A stretch of DNA of 64,000 nt from Paraphysomonas bandaiensis (Eukaryota > Protista > Chrysophyceae), in assembly GCA_965644295.1 (NCBI GenBank), contig CBFFRP010000210.1, positions 124,001-188,000 of the forward strand. Direction: 5' to 3'. The notes beneath the pieces are model-generated. The model saw only the letters and a program-made list of their open reading frames with translations, was not told the origin of the DNA and made no database searches. Positions 13,436 through 25,901 of this stretch are shown piece by piece. Numbering within the stretch: position 1 is the first letter of the stretch; the number at the start of each line of letters is the position of its first letter. The position numbers and the translations under genes were made by a program.

Positions 13436-13562
13436 TTTTTCGGGAATATATTGAAGCAAATATCATCTATATTACCTACATAAAACTACAGCTGGAATAC
13501 AGATAATTATTGTCTCAATATTAGAGGCATCTTTGAACAAAAATATACAATGGATGCCGATA
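13436..13562 (+). repeat. ~130-bp dispersed repeat, copy 1 (inverted copies at 16990-17112, 43134-43262, 43391-43520)
   Basis: Shared core TACAGCTGGAATACAGATAATT..TCTCAATATTAGAGGCATC..GGATGCCGATA. Confidence 0.8.
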
Positions 13563-13799
13563 TCTGTGTCGGTAGGCTGTGTCCACAGCAGCAAAAATTC
13601 CTACAAGTAGAAGTGGGAATTAGTTGTAAAAATCATGAAAAAAATTGTGAAAAAGTGTCTTTTATGTTTAATTCCATAACTTTTTGATTTTAGCAATCGA
13701 AATACTGCGGTTTTAACACAAAAAGGCTGAACATTTTGAATGTGTCTGTTAAAGATACTTCTCAGTTGTCAACACATCACTTCAGTGATGATCAGCTCA

Positions 13800-13897
13800 T
13801 GTATGTATGTGTGTGTATGTATGTATGTATGTATGTATGTATGTATGTACCCAGACACACACACACTCTCTCTCTATGTATGTATGTATGTATGTAT
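13800..13897. repeat. Compound (TGTA)n/(CA)n/(CT)n microsatellite upstream of gene
   Basis: Directly visible. Confidence 0.9.
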
Positions 13898-13990
13898 GGA
13901 GTGCACAGGACTGCACTGGCTATCAGCATTATCCATATATATAACTTGCATTCCTAACAACTACAAACTTACATTCTATACAATTTACAA

Positions 13991-14293
13991 ATGGCTCAAT
14001 CATTAAAGTCTGATTTGGATAAATTAGTAGACCACTCGTCTACACACAGCTATCAACAGAGCACGCAGGTGTTGGTGCAGGAGTATCAAGTTGCTGTGGA
14101 ATCAAAAAAACTTCTACGTGAAGAACTCAGAGAATGTATCTTAAGAAATCATGAAAATGCGAATGAAAATTGTTATGATTTACGCGTTAAATACGTGGAA
14201 TTATTGAAGGATCGCTTTGGAGGTATGGTCTTTCCACCTGGATTGGAACCGAAGAACAAGCTCCGTCCTCGTGTGAGAGCCCCTGATGAATAA
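13991..14293 (+). CDS. NDUFB10: NADH dehydrogenase 1 beta subcomplex subunit 10 (PDSW)-like
   Basis: LLREELREC-x11-C (CILRNHENANENC)..L...Y pattern matches the NDUFB10 C-x11-C motif. 100 aa. Confidence 0.6.
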   Translation: MAQSLKSDLDKLVDHSSTHSYQQSTQVLVQEYQVAVESKKLLREELRECILRNHENANENCYDLRVKYVELLKDRFGGMVFPPGLEPKNKLRPRVRAPDE

Positions 14294-15052
14294 TGATTTC
14301 AAGAATTTTCCTTGTAGGTGTAATTTAGTTCACTGTAGCTGCGTAAATACTGTAGCAGTTGCTCTTTGTAATAAAATGGTTTTCGATCAATATGTGGTTA
14401 GTGGTGAGTAAGCTGCTGGTCACGAGTGAAGCATATATAGCACTGTCCTCTTCCTGCAGAGTGAATTGACGGTTTGATAGAGATATGGACACAAATTTCA
14501 CCGCTAGCAATAAATATCCTACCAAAAAGTTAGATTTGCCTGAACATGATAGTCTGAATAAACCACAGGCAGTTATACGAGCGATAAAGTTATCAGTATC
14601 GTACTCCTGGATAAGAAAGGAATATCACTGCGATGAATAAGTTAAGTCTTTCTTGGGACACAACTACAAAATGCACCATTCGATTTAATAGCAGGTATCA
14701 TACTATGATAGATAATGGCATAGTACTTTGTGTTGTAATAAATGCGGCTAGTATTTCACGTTGACACACTCTCTACTCTCTATCCATAGCTTTGAATTAT
14801 TTCATAAAATATATATTAGGTATTAGTATACCCACCTTTTAAGCTGCTAATTCTGTATTGCTTCTAATATAACAAGTTGTGATGTGATTTCCCTCGTACA
14901 AAACTAGAAAATTCAAAGAATACGTAATAACATTGAAAGCAACTAAGTTATTTAATACCACAAAACGCTATAATATTAATCGCATCCAATGACGTTACCT
15001 GTAAAGCTCAGCATAACGGAATAACATGCCACTATAGCAACATCAACGCAAT

Positions 15053-16447
15053 TTACACATGTGAAACTACTTCGTCCGATTGGCAGGTATCATGTAATCG
15101 TTTCTCACCCAGCTCTACCTGGACATCGCTCAAAACCACTCCATTGGCATCATTATTGTGTTCTGCTCGAATACTCTCTAGGTATGCCTCGATTCCCTCA
15201 AGGGAGCTTCGCTTACCAGCAGTGCTTCTACGCCTCTGACGAGCATGCTGGATAACAGACTCCATCGCCGCAGAGGCTTGATTTTGGCGCTTGCAAATTT
15301 CTTCCATTGTTAAAGTACCATCATTATCAAGATCTAACTCGGAAAAGTACTCAGTAACAAGTTTGATTAAATCAGGCGTGGCCGCGCCAATTCGAACCAT
15401 ACACAAAATGATGAATTCAGCTTTGTCGATAACACCATCATCATTTGCAATATCTGTATATATCAGTTAGTTATTCCCCGACTGATAGATAATATTATCA
15501 TGTGCCATCACAAAAGTGTTACACATTTAATGAAATTGTTAATCAATGAAACAACATGAATGCAAGGTCAGCTCACCGAAGTCTGTTAGCATCAGCACTT
15601 CTTTTTCCGTGACAGGTTGCTTAATCTTACGCACGGCATCATCCAGATCCCCACCATCAATAAAGAATGATGCTAATGTAGCCATTGCAATACCCATGAT
15701 TGGGACACCGATGGCAGTATACAGTCCTGTCAGGCCGAAATGCCAACTGAAGATTACACTAATTTAAAAAAGTGAGTTGTACAAACCATGTCACGCACCT
15801 GTCTGCATCCGCCGGTAGCCCATAGAGTCCTCCGGTGCTAAGAGAAGATATACAGAAGTACAGGGCATTTATAAAATTAAAATCTTCATGCATGTTCCAC
15901 GCGCAGGCCGTTCCCACGATTATAAATAAGCACCAAATAATAATAGCTCTCAGTTTATGCAGATTGTATAAGCACCATATCTTGCCTCGTGCAAAATAAT
16001 TTCCGCGAGAATTCTCCAGACATTGTTGATAGTCTCGTTTCATCAGTTCATTTTCGTACCAGTGAGCACGATCTTCTACAATTTTTTGCGCAAAGAAGCC
16101 GAGGGCAGCAGCAATAAAAGACGCTCCACATAACACGTAAAATACGGAAAACCATTGGGATTTGAAATTTCCCTCTTCAGATGTAGAAGGATCTCCCCAA
16201 CCTACAATACATATACATTACAATACATAGACATATACATATGATGAATGAGTATTAGACAGCAGTTCAACTTACCAACACTATATCCCACATCAACTGC
16301 TTTATGAAATCCTTTTGCCCATCCAACATCAAGGGTATAGTTATAAAATGTCATCCCTGTAAATAACCACACAATCCATAACACAGCAAACAGTTTGGGC
16401 CATCCAAGTGACTTGAAATACCTTTCAGCCAATACATAAGCAATCAT
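15053..16447 (-). CDS. Two-pore (TPK/KCO-like) K+ channel with C-terminal EF-hands, at least 4 exons (5' end uncertain)
   Basis: GT-AG introns 16275-16202, 15798-15747 and 15576-15454 join in frame. 4TM/2P layout with pores VGYSVGWGD and SLSTGGLYG. EF-hand-like DIANDDGVIDKAEF and DLDNDGTLTMEE. EFIILCMVRIG is TPK-like. Confidence 0.85.
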
Positions 16448-19400
16448 ATTGTAATACAGTTACTGAATGAACTTCACAATGATAGAATTATTATCTCTAA
16501 CAGTGTTATGTATTAGAATAATGAATTAGATGTGTATTATGATCTATGGATATTCAAATGGTGCAACATATGAGGGAGGGGAGACAACTGGCCTCACAGT
16601 GCTGGTGATCCCCTCGCCAGGATAGCTGCATAATCTGACCAATCATATTGTCTCAAGGAAAATTCTGCCCGCTACTGATATAAAAACTCGGGAAAATAGT
16701 ATCTAGATTTAGGAATATTTGGGTTTTTAGCATGTTATTTATGGGAATATGCACGATTGTCGACAACGTGGAGCCCCTCCTTCACATCATGGGAGTCTGC
16801 CACAGATTATAAAAAGAGGGGTATTTTGCAACCTAAATTGCAAAAATGGTATAAAAATGTAATTTCAAACTATCAAAATCCCAGGTATTTCGTAATTTTA
16901 CCACATCATAAATTTGATTCTATGCCATTCTAATAGGAAAACAAAAGACAAAACCCGGGATTTCCATGTCATCAGTCGAAAAGTCCATGTCGGCATCCTG
17001 TGTATATTTTTGTTCACATATGCCTCTAATATTGAGACAACAATTGTGTGTCATACAGCCGTAGTTGTATGTAAGTAATATAGGGTAAATTTACTTCAAT
17101 ATATTTCCGAAATATATGATGCGGTCATACATACACACTGCACTCTCATATAGCAGTGTAAGTGTGTGAGCAAGTGACAACACTCACCTTCACAATCTTC
17201 AGCCCCAGCCTGGTCGTCAATAAACATACACTTTCATCTCTTTAATTTTGCCATCATGTTCATACAATCCATGAGTTGAAATGACTTGTGATCTATGTTG
17301 TCATATCAAGCTTAGACCTGACCTACACTCCGTGTCGAGCAATGCCCCAGTGTTGGAGATAGCGGATGAGGTAATTATGAAAACAAGACAATAGCGTGTG
17401 TTACCTTGTAAGTGTATGCCAGTAAACACTTACAACACTGGCTTTATAACACTGGAATTTAAGCAGTTCAGTATTGATTCGGATTGTCTTGTAAAGGAGG
17501 AGTGCATGCGGGATGACAGATGTCGTAGATAGGACGTACGTTTATGTTCCAGCAACAGAGAAGAGTGCAAGTGGGTAGTCCACTTGACCGAATACCAGTT
17601 TGTTACTGTGCCTGCCATAGAAAGATTCAAGAGGGCCATCTAATAACAATACATTTCAAGAGCAAGAAGATGCACCTCTGCTGTCACAAGAATTACTTAC
17701 CCGAGCCTTCAAACCTCGTGGTACGACCAGGTCATGGGTTCAGAGAAGCAGAAGGTGAAATACTGGAAGAACATGGACATTGGATTCCGGTATGTGAAAT
17801 GCCCTGCTGCCGATGAGTACGGTTCCCTCCTGTCCCCTTTACTGCCTTTGCTGCATCTACGGTGGAACCTCTGAGTCTTCAGAGAACACAGAATACGAGC
17901 GCAGAGGCAAGTCTAAATAGGAAGGTATCCATCACCTACTGTCGCTGCCTATGCTGTAGCTAGTTTGCTTGTAGTGATATCGATCAAACGCGCAACTTGA
18001 TAAATCTGATTCTAATGTCATAGCAAAGTAACAATAATAAAGCCTACATTACCACTAAACTCAGCTCAATAATTAGCTGCATATTATGAGAGCCGCTGAG
18101 TCAATGAAGTCACCCTCAGGAGGACTTTCCTCTCCTTGGGTCACATGATAGTATAGAGCAGTGTACATACCATGTAGTTAGGAATACAGTGTGTAGGGGA
18201 AATGTGATCAGCCCCCCCAAAACGTACACGAAAAAGTATCGCAAAATATACAGTTGGCGCAGAAACGCTAAACCGAATTACAAATTATTTAAATATTTAT
18301 TATCTAATCAACTAGTGATAAATATTATCAGTATTATTAACTGTGAATTGTTTATTATTGCTTATTGCCCCATTCCGGGGGGTGGCCATAGTGTAGGCTG
18401 GCTGGTGCACCACCTAAAACACCGAGATATAGCACTGATTCTACTACCCACCCACCCGTGTACCAACTTAGCTGACCACATAGATCACGCGCAGATTCTG
18501 TTGCTCCCCCCACGTGTGTTAACCTTTGCTGAGATTACGCGGGATTTCTCATAACTATGCATGACTTTTATATATGTAATTCGCGCAGATTCTAGTAGGA
18601 CCTTCCCATTATTATCTAACAAAGAATACGCGGGACTTCTCGTGACCATGCATGACTTCACTAGGATACGCTCTCAGAATGGGGTAATACATACAAACAT
18701 TATAAGAATGTCTGATTATTACATGAGAGCGGTCGTGTACAGAAACTAGTTTTACATCTATAGACTAACTAATAACTGGACTTGCTATATACTACTAGTG
18801 GCGGGCAACCGTCTCGGTAATGCTTGTGCATCGCTGCGAGCACCATGGTGCAACCGTCCCTTGTAGTGAAGTTAGTCGGGGGGTCTACCTTTCGGCAATG
18901 TGTCTGGCGGGCCTGTGCCATGGGCGAGATGTAGATGAAAGTGTAAGTCGGTGATGGAGATGGTGCTGGTTGTCGAGGTGGGGTTTCGGCCACAAGTAAG
19001 GATGCGTTGGTTCCGGAATGGTTGCGCTTGCCTCTGTCGGGTTCGGACTCTTGTAGAGGATAGAATTTTAGGGGTGGATGTCGCCTGGAGTAGCTGGAGT
19101 ATTTTTGGTGTCGGGTGAGTATCCTGGGACTGGCGTTGCTGTGAGTGTGTCGGTGTCGTGACCGGAGTTACTGGTGTTGTGGTGTCTGAGTCCCCTATTT
19201 CGAAGCATGCGGAGCCCGCAATACATACATACTCACAACAACGGAAGTGGTTGCTTGCGGCGACGCATGAGCAACTTTCGTAGCGTTATAATATATAATA
19301 GTAAGATGAATCCTAATAAGCCCTAAAAGCCGTATATAATGGACTATTGCTTCTCTGTTTGGTTAACATCCCAATGGTCAACTTCAGGAGTTATGACACA

Positions 19401-19976
19401 ATTGGATGATTTACTAAGTTAACTGGACGTTTATTTACTCATTAATAATGTTAAGATTATAGAAAAATGTAATAAACAAAATAAACAATAAACAATATAA
19501 TATCGTGTTATCTCTACTACGCACCCTCATTCTTACATTATAGTCACTATCTTCTTGTATGGTCAATATATACTCCGTTCTCATTACTTCTCATAATACA
19601 GTTAACCACTACAGTATTTTTGAGTAACCGTCATAAGTCCAATATCTTAGAATTACAGCTTTTAATTGCTTCAACAGCTTCAACTCGCTACAAGTACGTA
19701 CGTAGGAGTTGGTTGTAGCTTAATATAAATTAGAAAATTAGCATAGCATTCATCAGACAGTTGTTTATTCTGTATCTCCCTGTATGTAATACACTGGATT
19801 TGGATTTAAAAAATGCTCTCTTTATCCATATATACAAAATAGCCATGAGATTGTTATTACTTCCTGTCTGATTTAGAATAATAGACACCTCCTAAAAAAT
19901 AGGCCATAATGCATAAGATGAATAAATACATTCAAAACATCCAAGCATCAGAGTGGCATATCCTTCAAAAACGTGG

Positions 19977-21534
19977 TCATGGAGGATTCTGTGAACGAAA
20001 CCACTGCAGAACATTCACATGTTTATAATATGCAGCAGCAGATTCGCAAGAACCTTTCTTCCATGGACATGGGGGGTTCTGTGAACGAAGCCACTGTAGA
20101 GTATTCAATTGTCCAGACTCTGCAGCTGCCCTGCAAGTCCACTCATTCCAGGGACATGGAGGGTTCTGTGAACGAAGCCACTGTAGAGCATCCAATTGTC
20201 CAGACTCTGCAGCTGCACTGCAAGACTTTTCATCCCATGGGCATGGAGGGTCCTGTGAACGAAGCCACTGCAGAACATTCAAGTGCCCCTTCCTAGCAGC
20301 AGCTGCGCAAGTATATTCATTCCAGGAATCTGGAGGGTTCTGTGAACGAAGCCACTGCAGAATATTCAAGTGCCCTCCATCTGCAGCAGCAGTACAAGTG
20401 CTTCCAAACATTGAATCTGGAGCGTTCTGTGAACGAAGCCACTGTAGAACATTCAAGTGCCCACCACTAGCAGCAGCATCACAAGTAAACGCATTCCAGG
20501 GGCATGGAGGGTCCTGTGAACGAAGCCACTGCAGTACATCCAAGTGTCCTCCCTCTGCAGCTACATAGCAAGTCCACGTATCCCAGGGACATGGAGGGTG
20601 CTGTGAACGAAGCCACTGCAATACATTCAAGTGTCCACCTCTAGCAGCAGCTTCACAAGTTGCTTTATCCCAGGGACATGGAGGGACCTGTGAACGAAGC
20701 CACTGCAATACATTCAAGTGTCCACCTCTAGCAGCAGCTTCACAAGTTGCTTTATCCCAGACATGGAGGGACCTGTGAACGAAGCCACTGCAATACATTC
20801 AAGTGTCCACCTCTAGCAGCAGCTTCACAAGTTGCTTTATTCCAGGGACATGGAGGGTGCTGTGAACGAAGCCACTGCAATACATTCAAGTGTCCACCTC
20901 TAGCAGCAGCTTCACAAGTTGCTTTATCCCAGGGACATGGAGGGTGCTGTGAACGAAGCCACTGCAGCACATCCAAGTGTCCACCTCTAGCAGCAGCTTC
21001 ACAAGTTGCTTTATCCCAGGGACATGGAGGGTGCTGTGAACGAAGCCACTGCAACACATCCAAGTGTCCACCTCTAGCAGCAGCTTCACAAGTTGCTTTA
21101 TCCCAGGGACATGGAGGGTGCTGTGAACGAAGCCACTGCAATACATCCAAGTGTCCACCTCTAGCAGCAGCTTCACAAGTTGCTTTATCCCATAAGTATG
21201 TGGGGTCGTGTGTGTGTATATGTGTATGTATATGTCTCATGAGGTGCATCATCTGCTGTAGTCTGCCGTATAGTGCACATGTATTCATTAGTTGGGTGTG
21301 TGGGCAGCCCACAGACAGAGCCCATGAGACCATTGAGTTGGTCATACAGTAGTGAGATGCATGTGACTCAAGTCTCTCTCTGCTCTTATCTCTCGTGTTG
21401 TCTCTCGTGTTATCAGCCATATCGTGAAGTCCCTTACAAGTCATGACCACAGGAAGGAGAGCTGAGTGTGGGATCATAGAGATGATGAGACGAATCACAT
21501 CATCATTGAGAACAGATAGAGTGATTTCATTCAT
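19977..21534 (-). pseudogene. F-box-like + 26-aa ankyrin-repeat protein (PCPWDxxTCxxAAxGGHLxVLQWLRS), frameshifted
   Basis: ~15-16 repeats of 78 bp. A 2-bp deletion near 20760 splits the ORF and a second lesion lies at ~19977. N-terminal LSVLNDDVIRLIISMI is F-box-like. Intronless. Confidence 0.85.
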
Positions 21535-21739
21535 AGTTTACATGAGGCTAGTAGAGTGTATCTATACACTACAACATAATGAGATAGTTCATATACTGTA
21601 TATACATACACACAACACAGCAGTACTACGTAGCTATCTACATACACATATATGGGACAACGAGCGAAACAAAAGAAATTTCCTCATCACAGACTCATAA
21701 ACATACACCGTTACGTACGTACAGGAGTATACATGTACG

Positions 21740-21866
21740 TATGTATGTAGGTAGGTAGGTATGTAGGTATGTATGTATGTATGTATGTATGTATGTATGT
21801 ATGTAGGTAGGTAGGTAGGTAGGTAGGTAGGTAGGTAGGTAGGTATGTTGTCATATATGTATGTGT
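21740..21866. repeat. (GTAT)n/(GTAG)n microsatellite in a divergent intergenic region
   Basis: Directly visible between the ankyrin gene (-) and the Rost-like gene (+). Confidence 0.92.
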
Positions 21867-21895
21867 ATATCACTCTATTAGCATCGCATCCCCTC

Positions 21896-22780
21896 ATGTC
21901 CAAATCCAACTACACCCTCTACCTCATCCCCTCTATCCTAACACTCTACATCTCTCTCATCCTTCTCATCATATTCATCCACAAAAACCATTCAACTGAC
22001 TCATATTTTGCCTATAAAAACATACATACATCATCCACTCCATCCTCCTCCTGCATACACTCCACTCTACTAACTATCATACGTATTGTATCATCTATAT
22101 ATTTTCTTATAATAACTAGCTATCATTTTATTTTATATCCTCGATCAGGGATATATTTTACTAATTGGGGTGCTGTAGTATTAACTGCATACTTTATGCT
22201 AGCTAGTATACTCTCTATAGTTTGTAAACAACCTAATTACAAATTATTTAAATATTTTTTATCTAATCATTTAGTGATAAATGTTATTAGTATTATTAAC
22301 TGTGAATTGTTTATTATTGCATGTGTTAATGCATTCTTTACAACAGCAGTTAACTTCTTATTTATTAACGATAATCTTGATTTTTGGAATATAGTTATGC
22401 ATTTATCAAATTCACTCTTAATTATGGTCGAATTGTGTATTAATACCATTCCTGTTATGTGGAGAGACTGTGCGATATCGATATCTTGGCCGATGCTCTA
22501 TCTATGTGTTCTTTGGCCCCTTGTCAGATATGAAAATGTCGAGTGGCCGTATGAATTCTTACGTACAGACACTTTACTGTGTTTTGTATGGTATCCTGGT
22601 TTGCTTGTTTCTAATTTGGGAATCTTCTTCTTTGTGTGGGGAATAGCAGCACTTAGAGATTGGGGGGTCGATTATAGTGCAGGCGGTACTGCACGATCGC
22701 GGTACAGAGATGCTAGTCTGTCAGACGAGCATGAGTGTGAATTGCAGAACTTGAACTCTGATCCAAATTCAGCTGTGTAA
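21896..22780 (+). CDS. Rolling stone (Rost)/FAR-17a-AIG1-like multipass membrane protein
   Basis: YFTNW, MHLSNSLLIMVEL and WPYEFL motifs with ~6-7 hydrophobic segments. Confidence 0.7.
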   Translation: MSKSNYTLYLIPSILTLYISLILLIIFIHKNHSTDSYFAYKNIHTSSTPSSSCIHSTLLTIIRIVSSIYFLIITSYHFILYPRSGIYFTNWGAVVLTAYFMLASILSIVCKQPNYKLFKYFLSNHLVINVISIINCELFIIACVNAFFTTAVNFLFINDNLDFWNIVMHLSNSLLIMVELCINTIPVMWRDCAISISWPMLYLCVLWPLVRYENVEWPYEFLRTDTLLCFVWYPGLLVSNLGIFFFVWGIAALRDWGVDYSAGGTARSRYRDASLSDEHECELQNLNSDPNSAV

Positions 22781-23135
22781 TCACTATCTGTAATTCTATG
22801 TGGCATTACCGCTTATTGGTGAAGCTTTTAACCTGCAGATATTTTTTCATTTTTCTAGACACGTTCATCCTTCGAATATACTGGGCCGTTTGAATATTAA
22901 TGTACTAATGAATTGTTCGTTTAGAATACTTTTTTATCACACGGATGATAAATTGATACTTCTACGTTTATATAGGAGTTTGGAGGTCACATCTAGATAA
23001 TAGCAGCATATATTTCCCCGGAGCCGTGCTCATATCCTATATATAGAATGTCCGACTGTTAGCAATGGCGGGTAAACGGTAAACTAGTTGATACTAAATT
23101 TAGAAATCTAATATTGAAACTAGTATCCTTCTATA

Positions 23136-23213
23136 CAGGGCTTGGTAACCATTAATGGTAGTCCAGTTCCCGGCAATTATAATGGCTTTACCATTAACGG
23201 TTACCAGGCCCTG
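23136..23213. mobile_element. 78-bp hAT MITE
   Basis: 25-bp TIR CAGGGCTTGGTAACCATTAATGGTA (2 mismatches). Perfect 8-bp TSD CTTCTATA. A related site without the insertion lies at ~58919-58985. Confidence 0.92.
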
Positions 23214-23250
23214 CTTCTATAAAATGCTACGAGACTACGAGAACAGTTTG

Positions 23251-23598
23251 TGTTAGAATTGGACTTTTCACTGAAGTTAACTTTGCTCTACACGTAAACC
23301 TTAACCTTGCTATGTTGAACACAATGCACTTTCAAGTAAGAAATTATAATTATTATTCTGAACACTTCACTACATATTCGTGTAACATATGTTGAAACAT
23401 CTGTTCTTATAGCAACATCTGTTTATCATATGTTCATCAGTCAGTTCTATATCTTGTATAGTCACACATCAGTAACTGAATTTAATTCCTTTGTAACTAT
23501 AATCACCCGTTATACCTATGAGTTGACTTTACCTATTGCACACTGTTAACTCACTTCAATTGGACAATATATATCACATCATATTGCAGAACTCAACA
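23251..23598 (-). repeat. 3' LTR (348 bp) of Copia family 1
   Basis: TGTTG...TAACA termini preceded by PPT GAGTGGGAG. Matches 53136-53483 in the opposite orientation. Confidence 0.9.
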
Positions 23599-23742
23599 CT
23601 CCCACTCAATTGGATGTAGTTAACCATTCTAAAATTTGTGAAGAACATTGCTATCGGATACGCAACCACCGAACCTCATAGGACACTGGTGGACGTATGA
23701 CTCCGCTAGTATAGCTAGCTCCCACCATTCATTCACCTCTAT

Positions 23743-25371
23743 CTAGTTACGACGAACTCTCTTTACCTTGGGTACCTCTGCGATATTTTGTGCAGTAGTC
23801 TTAAATTTTTCCCCAAGATTTCGCTCCCTCTGTTCAATGAATATTGGATCACTCAAAGCCTTGGTATATATATCAGCCATCTGTTGTCGACTGCTCACAT
23901 GAATTAATTTCGCTGTATTAAACTGTTCGGGATCCACATGCTCTCTAATCATATGATACTTAATCTCAATATGTTTCGATCGTTGATGTTGCACTGGATT
24001 TTCCGATATATCCTGAGCACTTTGACTATCCAGGAATAATGGTGTGGGCTCGTCAATTTTCAATCCTACTTCACCAGTCACCCCCCGAGACCATATCATT
24101 TCCTGTAATCCATTATATAAGCATTGATACTCTGCTTGCATAGTCGATGTAGCTACAGTAGACTGAAGTTTGGAACCCCACGATAGTGGTCCACCAGCTC
24201 CAAACATAACATAACCTGAAGTTGATCTCCTCGTCAACGGGTCACCCGCCCAGTCAGCATCCGTGAACATATGAAGATCAAAATCTTTCCCTCTATATTG
24301 AATGCCTTTTTCCGTAGTACCTCGTACATACTGCATTAAATGTATCATTAGTTTACATACAGTGATATTCACTTTCGTTGAGAATCGTGACAATACTCCC
24401 ACTGCATATGATATATCCGGCCTTGTATTCATAGATAAATAGAGTAACGCTCCTATTAGTGGACGATAGGGAAAATAGTCAACTAATTCCTGCTCTTCAG
24501 TCGAATGCACATGTTCCACTCCCACTTTGATCCTATCCATGACATCACTAGGTAGTGGGTATCGCCGAGTCTTGTCCCTTGGACCCAGAAAATCCACATA
24601 CTTCGCCAATATCTTTTTGATGTACACTGTCTGGTCAAGTTTGAGACAATTCTGAGTTCTCGTCACTCTCACGTTCAAAAACTGGCCAATCTCATTCATA
24701 TCTGTAATATCGAACCTTTCACATACTCGTCGCATAATTTCCAAAATAATACTCGTATCTCGACATGCTATCAGCATATCATCTACATATATTACTAACA
24801 GAACTAATTCACCCCTGATCCGTGTAAAATATAAACATGGGTCAAGTATACATGATATAAAATGCAAGGACTTAATAAACTTGTTAAGACATTTATACCA
24901 TGACCGTGGTGAGCTTCGAAGACCATATAAACTTTTCTTCAGTTTAAAGCAGTGTCCTGGTGGCAATTTAAAATCTGGTGTAGCATACATATACACATCT
25001 CCTTGTATATCTGCATACAAAAATGCATTAGATACGTCGAGTTGATGCACCACCATATTCATAACAAAAGCGATTGCTAAAAGCAATCTCACTGTTACCG
25101 CTTTTACCACTGGAGCATAATTGTTGGCTCTGCCACCTTCATGGTCTCCGCATCCAAGTACCACAAGTCTTGCCTTATATCGTTGAATCGCACCCTCTTT
25201 GTTGCGTTTCAAGGCGAAAACATACTTAGATTTCAATGGAGTGACACCGGTAGGGATGGGCTTAACTTCCATGACTCCCCTACGTTCTAAACCGTCACGT
25301 TCAGCTTGTCTTGCTGAACTCCATTGCTTCCGTTCCGGCAACTCCAAGGATTCGGAATATGTCTGAGGCAC
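23743..25371 (-). mobile_element. Ty1/Copia RT-RNase H ORF (protease and integrase absent)
   Basis: RYKARLV, QLDVSNAFLY, LKKSLYGLR, YVDD, DADWAGD, RSKHIEIKYH and ADIYTK motifs. Confidence 0.96.
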
Positions 25372-25901
25372 CTTAAAAGAAACCTCTTGCTCATTAACAA
25401 CTGCTGTAGGATCAGGTTCCAGATCCTGCGATGATGTAACGTCCTTGGCTGTGCCACGACGTAAATCAATGTTACCCTCTTCATCATCTGAAGAACTAGG
25501 GTATTCGAGATTTATCTGCTCCGGACCTCGATCAAAATCCGAGTCATCAGAACCGTATCCATCAATGTGAGTGAGAGCATGTGAATCTCTCCTATTCCGA
25601 TGATCATAGTCCTGTAAGAAGTAGACCGCATCGGAGACGCATGTTTCTCATCATTCTTGGAAAACAAAGCCCTTTTTCTTTTGTTGTACTCATCAAGTTT
25701 GTTTTTAGCTTCAATGTTGGCCTCAAACGGTAACTGACGAGCTGCTAAGCAAATCTGATAGTGATCTACTAAAATGGCCGTAAATTCATCGAAAAACTCG
25801 TTCATCGTGTCAAACTGTAGTTTGTTCATGCACCCAAAGACATAACGAACATAATCCCTATCGTTCAAGTTTTTGAATAACCTAATCAACCCATATTCTT
25901 T

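Noticed and set aside
17180-17940. Possible multi-exon pseudogene with splice-donor-like sites
   Set aside because: In-frame stops and no assignable product.
20747-21352. Cys-rich antisense ORF over the ankyrin array
   Set aside because: Shadow frame of the 78-bp repeat.
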